A stretch of DNA of 64,000 nt. It comes from a virus. The stretch covers positions 32,001 through 96,000 of IMG/VR virus record IMGVR_UViG_3300044692_000034; one strand, 5' to 3'. Positions 61,611-64,000 of this stretch are shown piece after piece. Under the pieces are notes generated by a model. It had not been told where the DNA came from. It saw nothing but the letters and a program-made list of their open reading frames with translations, and searched no databases. The translations under genes and the position numbers were made by a program. Numbering within the stretch: the first letter of the stretch is position 1; every line of letters starts with the position of its first letter.

Positions 61611-62090
61611 TCAAGTGGCCCCGCCATCTGTTCCTTCCGTGTCGTAGTACCGCTCAAGGTACAGGACCCTGTCATCGTGGCCGTCGAGAAGTTCGAAGAA
61701 CGTGCGTGGTAGCTCCGTCACGCGCACCTTCCTGTTGTGCCGCTCATGATTGTCGTGGCAGCCACGGCACAGCGGTATGACGTTGCGCCACTCCAACTCA
61801 AGGCTGAGGAAGTGCTGTACCGGCAAGATGTGATGCGGGTCAATCCATGACGGGCTGCCGCACACGACACAGCAGCCCTCGGTTGCCGCGTACGCCAGTT
61901 CTTTCACCGCATCTGGTAGCGGGTCGCGGCGGTTGCTGTTCGCCACAGCGCGTTGTTTAAACTCACGCACCTTGCCGGCGTCAGCCTTGAGCGGCTTGTC
62001 ACCCGGCTTAAGCCCTGACGTCCGCTTGAGCCCCTTCTCAGGGTCGCGTTTGAGCGGCTTGTCCCCCCGCCGTAGCTGCGACCGTTTCAA
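61611..62090 (-). CDS. HNH endonuclease
   Basis: CVVCG...DPHHILP...NVIPLCRGCHDNH; basic LKR repeats at the N-terminus. Confidence 0.85.
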   Translation of the reverse strand: MKRSQLRRGDKPLKRDPEKGLKRTSGLKPGDKPLKADAGKVREFKQRAVANSNRRDPLPDAVKELAYAATEGCCVVCGSPSWIDPHHILPVQHFLSLELEWRNVIPLCRGCHDNHERHNRKVRVTELPRTFFELLDGHDDRVLYLERYYDTEGTDGGAT

Positions 62091-62614
62091 AAGAGCCGCG
62101 TGGGGTCTAGCTCGATGTCGAACTTCTGTTCCAGCTTGCGGACGTCGTCGGCGATCGCGAGGTTGTAGACGGGCACGCCGTAGTGCCGGCACAGCCGCAT
62201 CGACTGCGCGGTGCCGCCGGTCTCGCGGCCGTTGGGCGTCCAGCACACTTGCATGTCAACAGGCTCGTTGCAGTTGCGGCCGAGCACCTGATGCGTATTC
62301 CTCGCCATGAGCAGCTGACCCGTACTCCCGAGCCGGTCCCACGCAGGATGGAACTTGCGCGCCAGCATCATCGCTAGCGGCGTCGGATAGTTGTAAACCT
62401 TCGCGGCCAGCAACGGCACGTTCTTGTTGAACGACATGAACGGTAGATAGACCGTCGCGTGCGTACCAGCGCCCTTCTCGAACGCCTGGTCCATGCCGGC
62501 GGCGTGCCCGCTGTAGCACTCCCACGACAGGCTCGCGAGATGCTGCGCGAGCCTGTACGCCATCTGCATGACCTCGACCGGCGAACGTCGCGACCCTACG
62601 CCTGCATAAACCAT
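62087..62614 (-). CDS. SLOG/DprA-like nucleotide-binding protein
   Basis: YAGVGSR, SGHAAGMDQAFEKG, MARNTHQVLG, CWTP...GGTAQ. Confidence 0.78.
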   Translation of the reverse strand: MVYAGVGSRRSPVEVMQMAYRLAQHLASLSWECYSGHAAGMDQAFEKGAGTHATVYLPFMSFNKNVPLLAAKVYNYPTPLAMMLARKFHPAWDRLGSTGQLLMARNTHQVLGRNCNEPVDMQVCWTPNGRETGGTAQSMRLCRHYGVPVYNLAIADDVRKLEQKFDIELDPTRLF

Positions 62615-62656
62615 TTGATCCTATGCCTTCATGTTTGCTGCTACCGCCGGCTGCAT

Positions 62657-63268
62657 CTACTCTCCGTCGTCGCACACCATGCCCGAACCGTACACGCTCG
62701 TATACGTTCGCCAGTCAACCCACGCGTCGCCGACCCAGAAGCCCCACACGCGAGCCGCCCGACCAGTCACGACCAGCGTCCATGCGCCCTCGGCGCGTGT
62801 CCTTGTGATGTGGGCGTGCTCGGCCTTGCGGTACCTGATGCATGGCGCTCGCATGATCTCGACCGTGTAGCCGGAGCCGTTGCACTTCGGGCAGTTGAGC
62901 CACGGGCCGCCTCCGTTCACGGCTCCGGGGCGCATGCACTCGCACGTGGTGAGGTCTTCGTACATGCCGCGCAGCACAACCGTGACGAACGGCCATGGGT
63001 GGTCGTGCGTGTCGCGGTCGTGCGAGTTCGGCAAGAAGCGGTGGAGCATGACCTTGTGCGAATGCGTCGACGTTGACCCGTCCGGCAGCGTCACGGCCTC
63101 GCGGCTTGTCGTGAACAGCATCCACCGCAGCAGCACCGGGCACGCTGCGTCGCCGATGACCTCGGGGTTGTGCCACCACCGCGCGACCCTCGGCGCCACG
63201 TAGCTGACCAGCGAAGCCAACGCCGTTGCCAGCCACGCCACACCCCACACCTTCAAGTGCTTCCGCAC
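62657..63268 (-). CDS. cupin-fold protein with inserted zinc ribbon
   Basis: LHRF...HDHPWPF...LRGMYE, H.H.I, WTLVVTG...WGF; CEC...CPKC insertion. Confidence 0.7.
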   Translation of the reverse strand: MRKHLKVWGVAWLATALASLVSYVAPRVARWWHNPEVIGDAACPVLLRWMLFTTSREAVTLPDGSTSTHSHKVMLHRFLPNSHDRDTHDHPWPFVTVVLRGMYEDLTTCECMRPGAVNGGGPWLNCPKCNGSGYTVEIMRAPCIRYRKAEHAHITRTRAEGAWTLVVTGRAARVWGFWVGDAWVDWRTYTSVYGSGMVCDDGE

Positions 63269-63272
63269 AGTG

Positions 63273-63998
63273 CTACTCCTCGTCGCTTACAGGCTCATCT
63301 TGCCGGCGCTCAGATGCGCCCATCCACACCCTGGACCCGAGGGACTTGTCCCAGTCGGAGAACTCCTGCGTGGCCGGCGTCTTCGACTCCACGCGGTCGA
63401 AGGAGCCGAGCCTACCACCAAGGTTGTCGACGAAGTGGACGAGGGTGGCAGCGCGTGTCGCCGGCGCCACACTCGCGCCGTGCTCAACCCTGCCGTGGTG
63501 CGAGCAGATGATGTGCAGCAGCTCATCAAACAGTGCGTTGTCGTCAAAGTCTTCTGAGATCTGCTCGATACATGACGAGACCAGGTGGAACGTGAGCGGC
63601 AGCTCCCCGAAGAGCATGCCGTGTGTCGTCATGCTCACCGTGTAGCCGTCGAGCGCGTACACGTTGATCTTGCCGATGTCGTGCAGGAGCGCGCCCGCGA
63701 GAGCCAAGTCGTAGTTGATCTCACCCGGGAAGTTGCCGGCCATGAGACGTACCCCCTCGGCCACCGTCACAGTGTGTTCGAGCAGACCATGCTTGTACGC
63801 CTGGTGGACCTTGAGCGCAGCCGGCGCATCGACGAACCGCTCGTACGTCTCGTCGTCGTTGAAGATCATCGTGAGCAACGAGACGATCGGCGGGCTCGTG
63901 ACCGTCTTGAGCAACGCATCGAGCCGGGCGCATAGGCTCGCCACGGAGTCCTGCGGCCCCTGCACGAGATCGACGATATTGTACTCGTCGTCCTTCGC
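63273..63998 (-). CDS. HD-domain 3'-5' exoribonuclease YhaM/Cbf1-like (5' end beyond the window)
   Basis: APAALKVHQAYKHGLLEHT, GALLHDIGK, LLHIICSHHGR.EHG, VHFVDNL. Confidence 0.88.
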   Translation of the reverse strand, partial: AKDDEYNIVDLVQGPQDSVASLCARLDALLKTVTSPPIVSLLTMIFNDDETYERFVDAPAALKVHQAYKHGLLEHTVTVAEGVRLMAGNFPGEINYDLALAGALLHDIGKINVYALDGYTVSMTTHGMLFGELPLTFHLVSSCIEQISEDFDDNALFDELLHIICSHHGRVEHGASVAPATRAATLVHFVDNLGGRLGSFDRVESKTPATQEFSDWDKSLGSRVWMGASERRQDEPVSDEE

Positions 63999-64000
63999 AG

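Overview
GC-rich segment of a large tailed phage or phage-like element, probably infecting an Actinomycetota host (inferred from GC content, Rpf- and Ku-like genes and an apparently leaderless transcript). Essentially all genes are on the minus strand and are tightly packed with overlapping start/stop codons. Typical phage content: large terminase, SNF2 helicase, class II ribonucleotide reductase, Ku-like protein, HD hydrolases, two paralogous DNA methyltransferases, HNH nucleases, GroES, an HslV-like protease, NADAR, and tRNA-Tyr and tRNA-Ser. No portal, capsid, tail or integrase gene is recognisable in the window. Two loci stand out. (1) A translationally coupled Gram-positive conjugation (mating-pair formation) operon of the Tn916/ICEBs1/pCW3 type at 32285-40050 is embedded co-directionally among phage genes, with no relaxase or coupling protein visible. 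(2) Immediately downstream are three tandem Y-RNA-like ncRNAs (one full tRNA-mimic YrlA type, two with different payloads on the same Ro-binding stem), followed by a Ro60/TROVE gene. Also noted: two long intergenic structured elements whose G-T wobble pattern favours folding on the opposite (+, template) strand, a recurring TTG-N16 promoter class, and beta-clamp-binding-like motifs in many proteins. All product calls come from motif recognition by eye; no database searches or folding computations were run.
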